Shown: in pieces, positions 12,859-25,204 of the stretch
How the letters are laid out: the number at the start of each line of letters is the position of its first letter
Position numbering within the stretch: the stretch's first letter is position 1
Source: Octopus bimaculoides
Lineage: Eukaryota
Assembly: GCF_001194135.2 (NCBI RefSeq)
Contig: NC_068982.1
Span: 151,247,930 to 151,293,523 of the forward strand
Direction: 5' to 3'
DNA: 45,594 nucleotides
Translations under genes and position numbers: made by a program
Notes under the pieces: model-generated
The model's input: the letters and a program-made list of their open reading frames with translations, nothing else
Databases searched by the model: none
What the model was told of the DNA's origin: nothing

Positions 12859-13829
12859 GTTGTACTCAAACCCACTCATATACTCATACATAGAATATAA
12901 CATCACTCACAAAATTTTTTAACAAAAGAACAAGGTCATCATGATCAACCTTGAGAGAAATATGTGCTTGTAGTAATTCACAATATTGATTTACAAGAGA
13001 AATTGATCGCGCTTATATTAGTAGCATAAATATAATTTTACAAACAAGCAACAGTAAGTGGTGAATATGTAAATCACTGTATTCTCATCGGACTAACTTC
13101 TATCCTATAAAAATCCAACTTGTAGAACCAAAATGATTTTTAACCATGTTTGGTATTGGCACGCTCAACCAATAAATTTTCCACAATAACAATTATTAGA
13201 TAGATGCTTTGTATTTCTGTACATAACTTCATGATAAGGAAACTCACTTCGCAATCAGATAGATTCGGGTTTAACTCTGTCGCATTGTAGCTTCAATAAT
13301 AACCCCGTCCCAGCTGGACTAAAGCTTTATGAATAAAATTGGCTTTATAGAATCTATGTAAAGCTCGTGGGATATGATTTTATCTTGGTGCCTATGATCC
13401 GGTTTAATAACAGGTTCTTGGGTGTCTCTAGTGGAATATTTTCTTTTGTAAGCTTTCATCTCCGTTCTGGCGCAACTCGGTATTTTGATGTGTTTATTCC
13501 TACCACGACAACCTATGAGTCGAGGTTTTTAGTTCCGCACCATACTAGACTCGGTGGTTCTGTTCACCTCTTCCTTCTTTAAGTTTCAAAAGAAAAATTT
13601 AACCGCGCCTGTCTCGGTGTCAGCAAAATGGACTACTAGTAAAAACTGGAAGTGCCTGGCGAGATGAAATCCAAGATGGATATGACAAAACGCATTTGAT
13701 CTCTGCTGATGCGAGACCATCAACAAGGACAACAAATATACTACCTGTTATCATTTACTGGCTGACGACCCAGCAATTTCAAACTAAACTTTAGATATAC
13801 TAATCCTCAGAATGTTTGCTCCGACACTA

Positions 13830-14039
13830 CAGGGTGCCCACAAAGTCTGGGTGCACGGGGATTAGCACATACTTTTAAAATAAAACAATTTTATTTAAGT
13901 ATAATGTTAATAAATAAATTTGTAATCTTTATTGAGTAAACTTCCTCTTTCAACATACCCCCGAAAAAAAAGTCTTATATTTAATTGTTTATGTCATGAT
14001 TTTATTTACTCCATGTACTCAGACTTTGTGGACACCCTG
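13830..14039. mobile_element. Tc1/mariner-type MITE, 210 bp
   Basis: TIRs CAGGGTGCCCACAAAGTCTGGGTGCACGG and CCATGTACTCAGACTTTGTGGACACCCTG; TA target duplication at 13828-13829 and 14040-14041; AT-rich non-coding interior. Confidence 0.9.
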
Positions 14040-14249
14040 TATAATAAAGAAAGCTGCTGATAAAATAGATTGAAGTAATTAGTGAACTAATTTAAGTCTA
14101 CACAATCCAGAAAATTCTTAAAATTTCGAATTTTAATATAATTTTATAAATATATGATTTCCAAGTGAAAGATATCAATCGCAGAGAACTAATTTTAATT
14201 CACTGTGAGAACGTTTTTCAACACAGCTTGATAGCTTTCCTTCTTTACC

Positions 14250-14353
14250 CTCCCTCTCACTCTCTCACTCTCTCCCTCCCCCTCTCTCTCTCTCCCTCCC
14301 TATCTCTCTCTGTCTCCCTCCCTCTCTCTCTCTGTCTCTCTCTCTCTCTCTCT
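14250..14353. repeat. (CT)n-rich microsatellite
   Basis: Direct. Confidence 0.9.
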
Positions 14354-17300
14354 TTCATACACTCCATGACGTTACGTTCTACAGACATTATAAGTAAAAA
14401 TATTTTTTCCAAATTACAAGTTTAATCCAGTTTGAGTAAAATTGTGTTGATGCCAGCATTCTTTATTATTTGTGGGTATTGTTGAAGAAATAGAAAGCTG
14501 CCGAGAGTAATTAAGTTTGCTGAGATCACTATTTCAGTTATCGTAGTTCACATAGTAAATGACGAGAATAAAAAAAATATCATTTTCTGTCTCTGTACAT
14601 TTGTAATTGTGTGTTTGTTTAGGTTGTTAATACCAAATTGTACAAATACATACATACACGCATACATAAACATACATCATGCATATAAACATAAACGTGT
14701 GTGTACACACGCACACACACATACACACATCGACGGAAATGTAATGTAGAACGAATAAGCTATACAATCACGTGTTCGGACCTACAATAAGTTCTCCAAT
14801 ATGATTTTCTTCCAGTGCAAGCAAGCTGTCCAATCCACTTTACTGTCATGCAAATTACGAAGTCTTCTGATGCGTATATATACGATTAACAGAGAAATCT
14901 CGTATTACGTGGCAAGGTTATGCCAACATAATATCTGATTTAGTTATAAATTCTAACACTGTATTTGACTACTTACTATTATTCAAAATTTATTGAACAA
15001 AGAGCATTGTTAGACGAATAAATGATACAAAGAGAAATTAGACGAAATCAACTGGGAATCATGTGTAAATATTATTCAGCGAAAAAAAGTATTATTCGTC
15101 CGAAAAGAAACTGCATTCCCACAAACTTCGAAACAAAACGGATTGAAATTTCGTCAGTGATTGTATTGGTCCAAGACAAACTCATCAAATCTTTAACTAT
15201 CTCGTTGTAAGACACCACAAAAACTGTTCCTCCAATATGATTTTGATTGTTGACGGAATCTAATCAGAGAATATATTTACCCTCGTACCATACTACCTCT
15301 AAATGATAGACAAAAGCATAATCTTAGAATATAAATACCGCCATAGATACATAGTCATATATATGTAGCTATCATATGATTATTGTCTTCGCATAAATAT
15401 GGCCATATGAATATCATTTTCATATAATATAACCATCATCTTATAATAATTCTGCTTGCCATTGCGTTACTTTGCACGTCGGTAATGCTTTCACGTAATT
15501 AGAGGAAAAGAGGGAGAGAGAAGCGTCTATGACTGGAGGTAGAGAGAATGTAATTGTAACGCTTTCACGTGATGAGTTGAAAGGAAGGAAAGAAGAAAGA
15601 AAAAGGAGAGAGAAAAGAGGATAAGGCGTGGAGTGAGACGGAAAGAGGGAGAAAGAAAAAGAGGGAGATAGAAGCGTCCATAACTTGAGGTAGGGGGGTC
15701 GTAATATTTATTACATGGTTAAAACAGGTAGTTGAAGGTAGAGAAAGAGAGAAATATAATTTTAAGAGAAGAGTGATGTTCTGATGGTGAGGTGTATAGA
15801 GGTAGAAAGAGAGAGAGAGGAGAGAGAGGAGAGCGAGAGGAAAGAGATAGAGGGGAGAGAGATGATGATGATGATGATGGTTGTGGTGGTGGTTTTTTAA
15901 ATCACCTATTGCTTAACGCATGCGCATAAGTGCAATTCCATGAAATTCAAGCTTATTTATGTGGCAGATATATGCAATTTAACTAAAGGTTATATCATAT
16001 GTTTGGGGCATTTTTTTCTTGTTTGTTTACGGGAAAAAATGAAAAACTAAGGGTGGCTATTTATTTTATGAGTACTGTGTTTCGGTACCAAAAACACTAC
16101 ATAAAGAAATGTTGCCCGTCAAATCACAAAGGTCCTATTAAGTCTATAAAATTGTGCATAAAGCATATAAAGTGTATTTGTAAAGTGCATTAAGTAATCA
16201 TCGTATTCCAATTTCGTTCTCTTTTCAATAAGTAGCAGATGAGCGACTATCTTTCCATACAGACACAACACAGGCTACGCTTTCAGGTTCTTTTGGATAA
16301 AGCTTTCAGAAATAACCCAATAGGTTTACCATTAATTCCATGAAGTATTCACGGGTCCCCCTAGTATGGACTTAACCATCATATAAGCATAGTCTTCATA
16401 TAAACATTACTTCGTATAAACACAACGTTACTGTAAACTGTATTTAGGTGTTGTTATCTCTCTGAAGCTATACATTCATAGTATATAGTGTGACAGACTT
16501 CATGCAAAATTGTTTCTCTGATAGCAAACAAATTTGTGTTTAATCTAATATGTAACTTCATACACGCATCCATCAACATATTTCAAGCATCCATCAACAA
16601 GAAAATTCTGAGATTATCGCATTCAAAAGAAATGTTGTTTAAAGCAATGCAATCGACGCATATGGCGTTAACTAAATTTATCCAGATCAAATTTCAGTAA
16701 TGATGAAATTGTAATTCTTGTTTGAATCCGTCGTTTAACAGATTAGAAAGCGTTAAATTAGAACTCACTGCTTCGATAACGCAGCTGATGTAAATGATAT
16801 TATTACTTCACTTTGTACATCTCGTTGTGCATCCGAAATACACAACAATGAATCTTAGAAGAAAAGAAAATTGACAATTTATTAAATAAAATGCTTTCTA
16901 ATAAACTTGTGGAAAAAATTCTGGTCTTTGGTAAAATGCAATGTTATTTGTGTAATCTCTCGTAACGCAGTTTAAGTTAGTAGCCAAACATTGAAATCTT
17001 TACAAAAATACATCGTGACTGACAATAACAAAACAACCATAAACAGACATTTCTGTCGGAATATATTCTTTATTATAAACCATTCAAAATATTTTTGGAG
17101 AAAATTACAAAATGAAAAAGAAAGATAAATATAAATAAAAACGTAATATGTTTTTTTTCTTTTCTCGCAAGTCGATCTCTTTTGCAGGAGTAACAGCGAA
17201 CAATAATCCAGATTCTACGAGACGATAAATTTTTGTACATCAATGTAAATTTCAGCTTCTACACGAACGGAATTATATCAACCAAACTTTTGTACCTTAT

Positions 17301-17479
17301 TACAATTTTAAGCACAGGAAATTGTAAGCACTTTTACAAAAAAGATGGAGGAGTACAGATACAATATAAAATCTCATTGAAGTAACGTATAGAAACATCT
17401 AAGCTGACTAGCTTGTTCCTTACATCATGATAGATTTTATTAATGTCGAAAGTAGATCATTGACTGGATTGCAACTCAA

Positions 17480-17880
17480 TATTCAATTCTTTTACTTAGA
17501 ATGTCTAGTGGAAACGAGAGTCATCATGGCTTCCGCGCCCTCCTATACCAGTAAGATTCATGCTATACATGTTCCTGTTGAACCTATTAACTCAACACCT
17601 GCTGAAAAGACATGAACAAGACGGAACTTCAAGAGAGCTGAGGTTCTTGGGAAGTTCTGGGTACGGCGATTAGTTCGGGGGGCTGGGGCTTGGAGACAGC
17701 AAAGATAATGAGAAAAGGAGAGGCGCGTATATTGAGAATGCCTCAATGAAGGTAGTCTGAGCTCAAGCAGCTTCGAAGAACTGAGACCATTAACAGGGTC
17801 TGATAGAGTCCCATATTTGACACGGCCATCTGTGTAGCAATAGTGAAGTTAAGCATATGGCAACGGTTTCTTAATGTAGC
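17480..17880 (-). mobile_element. Decayed 3' end of a CR1/L2/Jockey-group LINE
   Basis: Minus translation LHYCYTDGR...LRHSQYTRLSFSH...PRTNRRTQNFPRTSALL resembles the typical C-terminus of these LINEs (TRLS..H...RT..Y..SFFPRT..LWN.LP). Confidence 0.45.
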
Positions 17881-17919
17881 TAATATTTCATCGTTTTTTT
17901 CCAGTTACCATTATGGTTT

Positions 17920-18980
17920 GGACTGGTTCATACTGAGAAGTTTCTGTTGAAAAGTTTATCAAAATTGGTGAACCTGTACTTCGATGCAGAAAGCTTTTCG
18001 TATTCATTTTAGGCTAAGTTGAATAATAATGTTTCAGATTGAAAATTCATGTGGTCATTGACTGAAAATTTCAAAGTGATAAGTTAATCACTGAAAAGAA
18101 TTTGGAAGGTCTCATACCGGTCGAATACCAAAAAATGGTCAAACTGCGAAACAGCTTGCTTTGCAGTTTCCGGAAGGTTAAAATCGTAAATATGCTTCTG
18201 CTTTGTGTTTGTCTGATATCAAACCGTCGAGAATTTTACACACCGATATCAAACTCCATCCATGCAAAATAACGGTTGTTCAGGAACTTCATGAATGTGA
18301 CTGGGAAAATCGCATGGCATGTTGTGAAGAGTTTCTTCACAACGTTCCTGCAGATACTGTTCTCCTCATAATCAACAAAGTCCACTTTCATCTGTCTGGT
18401 TGCGTCAATAAGCAGAAACTTCACTAATGGGTAATAAAAAAAACCCTAAGCAACACATCATGAAAGAACCCTATACAGCGAGCGAGTGACTGAAAGTGTT
18501 CTGTTGCAAATTTGATGTTCGGAGCTTTTGCACTTTTCATGAGGAAGGTTAATCGATTACAATAACATACGGTCCGTATTTGAAATGCTACTGTACTTTC
18601 TGGAGCCTAAGATTACAGACCTTGGAAATTCATTTGTGCTGTATCAACAGAATAGAGCCACCGCTCACAGAGCGTGTTTAATGGAAGTTTCGAAAGAACT
18701 GTTTCCAGCACACTTGATCTCTTCACACAATGACATTGGGTGGCTTACATTCTCACCTGATCTCGCGTCCTGTGATTTTTTTGGGGGTGGAGGGACCTGT
18801 AACCTGGAATCTGAAATCTATTAACATCAAGCAGTAAGCATTGACGAATTTAAGGCTTACGCCAAACAACTGCAAAAATATCGCCGGAAATGACGTACAG
18901 TGATAGATAAATTCAGAAATCAACTACAAGTCTATTGCGATTAGAGTTCACCATTTGGAGATCATTTCCAAGAGTAAATG
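17920..18980 (+). pseudogene. Decayed Tc1/mariner transposase, DD41D (rosa/Visitor)-like
   Basis: RILHTDIKLHPCKITVVQEL, HFHLSGCVNKQ, QQNRATAH...LFPAHLIS..NDIGW...SPDLASCDFF. I count 40 residues between the second and third catalytic positions in this copy. TIRs not found. Confidence 0.78.
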
Positions 18981-19830
18981 AAGCAACGTAACTAAAATAA
19001 TTTTTGTATAACATTTACTTTGGTCGTTTTGTAAACCTTAGAAAGAGTTACTATGAATGGGAATATCAGTTGAGACTTATAATCAAATTCCAGAAGCTAT
19101 ATAGTTGAGAGACTAATATGAACAACTTTAGTTTTTTTAATCAACGAGAGTGCACAGCAGCTCAACAAATAGTTGATGTAATAAATCAACGACCATGTAA
19201 CTGTTGAATGGGTCTAAATTCTGGAGATTGACTTGTTTCAGAAAGGGAGTAGAAGGCGTTCTTATGTATAACCTCAGAATAATAACCTCAGAAACCAAAC
19301 CCTAGATGCAACGTTGGCATTCTATCAATAGACAAAAATTCAACAGAGGCTATTCTATCGAAAGAGAAAAATCTGATTAAATGCTTTGGCAAGTAATATA
19401 ATGACTCACTGAACGGATATTAACACGAAGGTAATGGGTGGTCTCTCCAAGTTTCATTTCAACATGCCTTTACATAAGATCAAGACTTCTCCAACTTCCT
19501 CTGTCATCCGCTAAAGGACAGTACGGCAATTGACACAACTAATAAAATGTGTTCTTTTCATCCTAGAGGAATCTAATTTTCATTTGCCAGCTCCAGAGTC
19601 ATCAATCCCGTTATTTATCTTATTAAATGTTAATCAAATAGCAGGTGGCACCCATTATTTCGCTGCTTTTTCCAGATTGAGGACACTGATATGGCTGACA
19701 ATCAACTGAACGTTTACAGGTTGTTCAAGGAAAACATCGGTGTTGATAAATCTTGGGTCTGGTCAGAATGTTATTTAGAAAATGAATCCCATTAAGGACA
19801 TTTAAGAGCCAAATAATGCTGTTATATCTG

Positions 19831-20481
19831 ACATAATTACAGAGATGCATGTAATTCTCCTATGCGAATGTGCGTACGTGCGTGTTTTTAAACTCCAGAT
19901 ATTGTAAAGCCAACGTTTAACGTCTAGTTAGTGTTGTATCAACAAGACGTCAAAGTAGAAGACAATGATTAATGACTTTTAACAACCAAAGTAGACGGGG
20001 AATCATTCTACATGCTGGACGTCACGAACTGTGAACGATTTACACAAAATGTCAAAACTCGTAGACATGATGGAGTTTATGTCTGCGTAAAATCAGAACT
20101 TAAGGTGCCACACTAATTCCATTTTACACCTTAATTACATTAGTCAATCTCTACCACCGCCTCCAAACGAAATTTCTAGATTATCATCTTAAGGATTAGT
20201 GTGGCACCTTAAGTTCTGATTTTACGCAGACATAAACTCCATCATGTCTACGAGTTTTGACATTTTGTGTAAATCGTTCACAGTTCGTGACGTCCAGCAT
20301 GTAGAATGATTCCCCGTCTACTTTGGTTGTTAAAAGTCATTAATCATTGTCTTCTACTTTGACGTCTTGTTGATACAACACTAACTAGACGTTAAACGTT
20401 GGCTTTACAATATCTGGAGTTTAAAAACACGCACGTACGCACATTCGCATAGGAGAATTACATGCATCTCTGTAATTATGT
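19831..20481. repeat. Perfect inverted repeat: 287-bp arms (19831-20117, 20195-20481) with a 77-bp spacer
   Basis: Direct: arms are reverse complements with no mismatch found by eye. Confidence 0.95.
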
Positions 20482-20517
20482 ATGTATATATATATATATT
20501 ATATATATGTGTGTGTA

Positions 20518-20548
<31 letters not shown>

Positions 20549-20628
20549 TTGTGTGTGTGTGTGTGTGTATGTGTGTGTGTGTGCGTGCGTGCGTGTGTGA
20601 GTATGTGTGTGTGTGTGTATGTATGTAC
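20482..20628. repeat. (TA)n-(GT)n compound microsatellite
   Basis: Direct. Confidence 0.95.
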
Positions 20629-20656
20629 AGAGTTTTTAAGTGATGTACAGATATTG

Positions 20657-22359
20657 TATATCGAGAATAACAAAGTAGTCAGAATGTTGGATGATTAAAT
20701 ATATTTTTGTTTACAATTTTAGCGCTTTCTTCTGTTATCGGATTTATCAAAAAAGTGGTTTACAGTAAGTTTGCTTCGCCCTTCTATATAAAATTGAAGC
20801 TGATGATGTTTTAGATAGGGAGAGTGAGTTGGGAGAGGAACAAATTAGAAAGGAAGGTGCAGGTCTGAGAGAGGAGGAGAGAGCGCAAGAACCCACAGAC
20901 AACAAATCCGACAAGAAAAACTACGAAAAATTCCACTGAGCAAACATTTGGAAATATGTGGAGAAAGAAAATTCAAGATCTTCCCCTTCTATAAATGCTC
21001 AAGGAACGACCCAAACTTCCGAAATACAATAGAACTATATTTCATAAAGAAGTTCGCACCTAAATTAAACGGTTGAAAAAAAAAAGAGCAATCATTTGGA
21101 AATATGTGGAGAAGGAAAATTCAAGGAACGATCCAAAGTTCCGAGGGACAACGGGAATATATTTCATAAAAAAAGTCAACAAAAATTAAACGTTTGAACA
21201 AACTATATCAATATACAGGGATACTCCATCAAATCAAATGGAATAAATCGAAGGTGCAACAACACCATACCAAGATACTATATCCAACCAACATTCCCGG
21301 AAAATATGATTGGGAAGAAGTAATGCGAATACTAAAATACTCATGTTTGGCCCCCTCCAACCATTACCTGTATGAAACCAATCATCACTGGGGAGAAGAA
21401 GGTATATTTCCATGGACACTTCGATTTCCTTTTCCCACTCCCTATTCAGATTATATTTACGATTTCTTATGATTTTTTGATTCTGATTCTTTGATTTAAA
21501 TTGTATTTATAATTGTGAATATATTCACCTACGAAAGGTATATTTTCACTGACATTTAGACTCCTCTCCCTCCCCCTTTTTAGACTCAGATCATATTTAT
21601 GATTTTTTTAAAGAAATTCAAATCATATTTATAATTGACAAGCACTTATCTACACTTAAATCTTTTTCAGATTGTATTTAAAATCATAACTATACTCACT
21701 TAAAAATCACTCTTTCAAAAACATAGCCATACATGGCTAAATCAAAAACATCTGGAATTTTAATAAAAAAATATTGACCATACCCATACAACCATTCTCT
21801 CCCCCTTACATTAATGAATACAAAAGAATTAAACAACAAGACCTTGAAATGTTATTGTAATTCTTACTGGAGAAAATCAAAAACAACATCTAGTTTTCCA
21901 GTTAAAAACTTTGACCATTTGAATACAAAAATTCCTTTTCCTACCCACCCAAAAGGTCACTAAGTGGAAAAAAACAACATATTGAATCTTAATCAAACAA
22001 GTCAGACCACACTGATACAAAAGCCACGCCTCCTTTACCTCCCTCTCTCTCAAAAAGTTTTCTTCTTTATTTTCCCCTTCTTTTGCAAACCCCCCAAACA
22101 CACTCTTACTTTCTTTTCTCTTCTCTATTCCGTTCTCTCCTCCTCTCTCAGCCCTGCACCTCCCTTTCTAATTTGTTTCTCTCCTCCTCTCTCTCCCTTT
22201 CTAAAACATCATCAATTTCAATTTCATATAAAAAGGCGAAGCAAACTTACTGCAAACCACTTTTTTGATAAATCCGATAACGGAAGAAAGCGCTAAAAAT
22301 ATAATATACAAATATATATAATCATCTAACATTTTGACTACCTTGTTATTCTCAGTATA
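20657..22359. repeat. Diverged inverted repeat pair with ~230-bp arms (20657-20885, 22131-22359)
   Basis: Direct: e.g. TTTAGCGCTTTCTTC.GTTATCGGATTTATCAAAAAAGTGGTTT.CAGTAAGTTTGCTTCGCC occurs on opposite strands. Confidence 0.85.
21180..21400 (+). pseudogene. Highly decayed mariner transposase C-terminal remnant
   Basis: ORF 21194-21472 contains YDWEEVMRILKYSCLAPSNHYLY, similar to the mariner GWEVL.H..YSPDLAPSDY.LF motif. Confidence 0.45.
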
Positions 22360-22362
22360 TAG

Positions 22363-22400
<38 letters not shown>

Positions 22401-22411
22401 GTATACATGTA

Positions 22412-22445
<34 letters not shown>

Positions 22446-22456
22446 CATATATATAT

Positions 22457-22928
22457 NNNNNNNNNNNNNNNNNNNNNNNNNNNNNNNNNNNNNNNNNNNN
22501 NNNNNNNNNNNNNNNNNNNNNNNNNNNNNNNNNNNNNNNNNNNNNNNNNNNNNNNNNNNNNNNNNNNNNNNNNNNNNNNNNNNNNNNNNNNNNNNNNNNN
22601 NNNNNNNNNNNNNNNNNNNNNNNNNNNNNNNNNNNNNNNNNNNNNNNNNNNNNNNNNNNNNNNNNNNNNNNNNNNNNNNNNNNNNNNNNNNNNNNNNNNN
22701 NNNNNNNNNNNNNNNNNNNNNNNNNNNNNNNNNNNNNNNNNNNNNNNNNNNNNNNNNNNNNNNNNNNNNNNNNNNNNNNNNNNNNNNNNNNNNNNNNNNN
22801 NNNNNNNNNNNNNNNNNNNNNNNNNNNNNNNNNNNNNNNNNNNNNNNNNNNNNNNNNNNNNNNNNNNNNNNNNNNNNNNNNNNNNNNNNNNNNNNNNNNN
22901 NNNNNNNNNNNNNNNNNNNNNNNNNNNN
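22457..22928. other. Assembly gap (others: 3713-3783, 28219-28489, 29328-29499, 34894-34903, 35756-36236, 38371-38386, 44345-44369, 44752-45026)
   Basis: Direct: N runs, each flanked by a dinucleotide microsatellite. Confidence 1.
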
Positions 22929-22959
22929 TATATATATATATATATACATATACAATCAA

Positions 22960-23746
22960 GAAGTTTAGAGAATTCTTTAGGAGAGGCAGTTATAACTATC
23001 CTAGATTGTTGTAATTTTAGTATATCATTACTTATGCATTTAACCAGTCGACCTGCCAATTTTCGTTCCTTCAGATTGAAAGAGGAGGGTGTAACAGCAC
23101 TTTGACGACACCTTGCTAAATACTGTTTCTCACAGCTGACTAGTTTGCAAATTGTAGTGGGCACGTGAAGACAATTTTGAAGCTCGATATGCAATAAAGT
23201 TTTGTGTTAAACTGAAACTTATAAAATACTCCAGATTGCTTACCGTTTAACTTGTATGAGCCGAGCATCTGTTTTTCACTGGCACAAAAGCTAAGCAAAG
23301 CAAATCCACTGGGAAGTTCATAATGATCCTCTTTTTCGATTGCAAGGGCATCATCTACATCCACTGGGTTCCCTCTGGTCAGACGATCATCAAAGAACAC
23401 ATTTTGAAGGTTTTGAGGGAGCTTAGGAAAAGATTTCGTTTCAAAAGACCCGAGTACCTGTACCACTAATATACGCCAGGACACCGTTCCATTCAGGTAA
23501 CTTATTACTTGAGAAAGATGGGCATCAAAGCTATCCTTCACACTCCTTACAGTCTAGGCCTTGCTTCCCGTAAGGTTTGTTTGATATCCTATTTCAAGGA
23601 AAAGATGAAGGGGGCTGTGGCTGTGAGATGGGGCCTCTACGAAGGCGTTGGATTGATACAACAAGTGCATTGGAGGATCTTACTTTGAAAGAGATTACTA
23701 AATGTCTCTCATAAAAAAAGTCTCAAAACTTCTGGAATGCAACTTG
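22960..23746 (+). mobile_element. Internally deleted mariner element
   Basis: ETYKILQIAY..CMSRASVFHWHK (HTH region) is joined directly to QSKSTGKFIMILFFDCKGIIYIHWVPSGQTI...KRPEY and KMGIKAILHTPYS. TIR-like AAAAAAGTCTCAAAACTTCTGGAATGCAAC at about 23714-23743. Confidence 0.8.
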
Positions 23747-23815
23747 CATATCCACGTATATGTTTGTTTGTATCTGTATGTATGGGTATGTGTATATATG
23801 ATTGACTGTATGTCC

Positions 23816-23970
23816 GAGGGCAATTATTTAGAAGCCCGTTTCGTAATCACGAAGTCCTAGTTCGATACTACTGAGTGATATTTTGGGCAAGTGTATGTTG
23901 CCATAGTCTAGGGTAGTTCCAAGCCTCTTGAGGGAAATAAGGTAAACAGAAACTCTGCAAAACCCCTAAT
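23816..23970 (+). mobile_element. Decayed SINE, family 2, partial
   Basis: B-box-like AGTTCGATAC followed by TTGGGCAAGTG...CATAG...CCAAGCC...GGTA, matching the 24315-24730 element. Confidence 0.55.
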
Positions 23971-24314
23971 TCAATGAATAAGTAATTCAACGGAGGGAAG
24001 AATTGAATACCTTCTACTAAACTGATAGAAATCTATTAAAATTTTATGTATGCATGTATATGTAACTGAATATTCATATTTTATTCCAAACTTTCTAGTC
24101 AATAGAAAAACTGCCTGTCTCCAACCAAACAACTTCTAATCAGCCACGCCCTTTCTAGCTTTGTTAACTTTAGCTTCCCAGAGTCGTTAATGATGCAGTT
24201 AGTTACATAATTCAGCGTTCAAATAATGATAGGTATAATTCGAAAGCAAATTCTGTTCAAGTATCTGCAGATTTCTTCTTAGTTCGGCGGACACTTTAAA
24301 AAAAAAAATTAACA

Positions 24315-24512
24315 TTATTCTTTTACTTGTTTCATTCATTTGACTGTGGCCATGCTGGAGCACCGCTATTTAGTCGAAGACATCAACCCTTGGACTTATT
24401 CTTTGTAAGCCTGGTGCTTATTCTATCGGTCTTTTCTGCCGAACCGCTAAGCTATGGGAATGTAAACACACAAACATCGGTTGTCAAGCGATGGTGGGGG
24501 GACAAACAGACA

Positions 24513-24569
<57 letters not shown>

Positions 24570-24730
24570 GCGAGAAGCTTCTTTCTGTTTCCGTCTACCA
24601 AATCCACTCTCAAGGCTTTGGTCGACCCGAGGCTATAGTAGAAGGCACTTGCCCAAGGTGTCATGCAGCAGCAATGAACCCGGAACTACGTGGTTGTGAA
24701 GCAAGCTTCTTACCACACAGCCACACCTGC
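24315..24730 (-). mobile_element. Full-length tRNA-derived SINE, family 2, with internal (GT)n
   Basis: Minus: GCAGGTGTGGCTGTGTGGTAAGAAGC (A box), GGGTTCATTG (B-box-like), CACCTTGGGCAAGTG core, (GT)n, and a 3' end ...ATGGCCACAGTCAAATGAATGAAACAAGTAAAAGAATAA. Confidence 0.85.
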
Positions 24731-25019
24731 GATTATATTAGCACCTGCTAGAAAACTAATTCATATTATTGTGCATATTGTTTTCTTTGTCCACTGTCAT
24801 TATGTCAGGCATGCGTTATCTACATTTGACGTGATGGGGTGTCTTGACAAGAGCATTCCTCCAGTATCCCCCCCCCCATGACGTGTGAGTTTGCCATCTA
24901 TATTACTGCAGCTGTTATATTTTGATCTTGAGGATTATCTTTCTAATGATTTTCATTGAATAGTGTTTTAGCGACTACATCGTACCTCACTGGTAGATAT
25001 CACTATGATATTTTCGGAC

Positions 25020-25191
25020 AGTCGCTTCTTATGTTGGTCTTCAGTATTAATTATACCGAGTATTTTATCGACCCCCAAAGCAATGAAAGGAAGAGTAGAT
25101 CTAGGCGGAAATTGAACTCAGAACGTAATGACAGACGAAACGTCGATAAGCATTTTGTCTAGTGTACAAACGATTCTGCCAGGTCACCGCC
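25020..25191 (-). mobile_element. tRNA-derived SINE, family 1 (5' part)
   Basis: Minus: GGCGGTGACCTGGCAGAATCG (A box)...CTGAGTTCAATTTCC (B box)...GGGGGTCGATAAAATAC. Confidence 0.75.
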
Positions 25192-25204
25192 TTACCACCA
25201 GCAG

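Noticed and set aside
13367-13720. Moderately GC-rich stretch with a 71-aa ORF
   Set aside because: No recognisable domain in the frames I examined; probably unidentifiable transposon debris.
19676-19719. Candidate exon IEDTDMADNQLNVY after a strong pyrimidine tract; similar candidate at 32217-32308
   Set aside because: Weak donors, no recognisable protein; expected by chance in AT-rich sequence.
22201-23194. Long ORFs of 180-290 aa at 22.2-23.2, 28.2-28.5, 29.3-29.6, 35.5-36.4 and 44.6-45.2 kb
   Set aside because: They are open only because they cross N-gaps and dinucleotide repeats.
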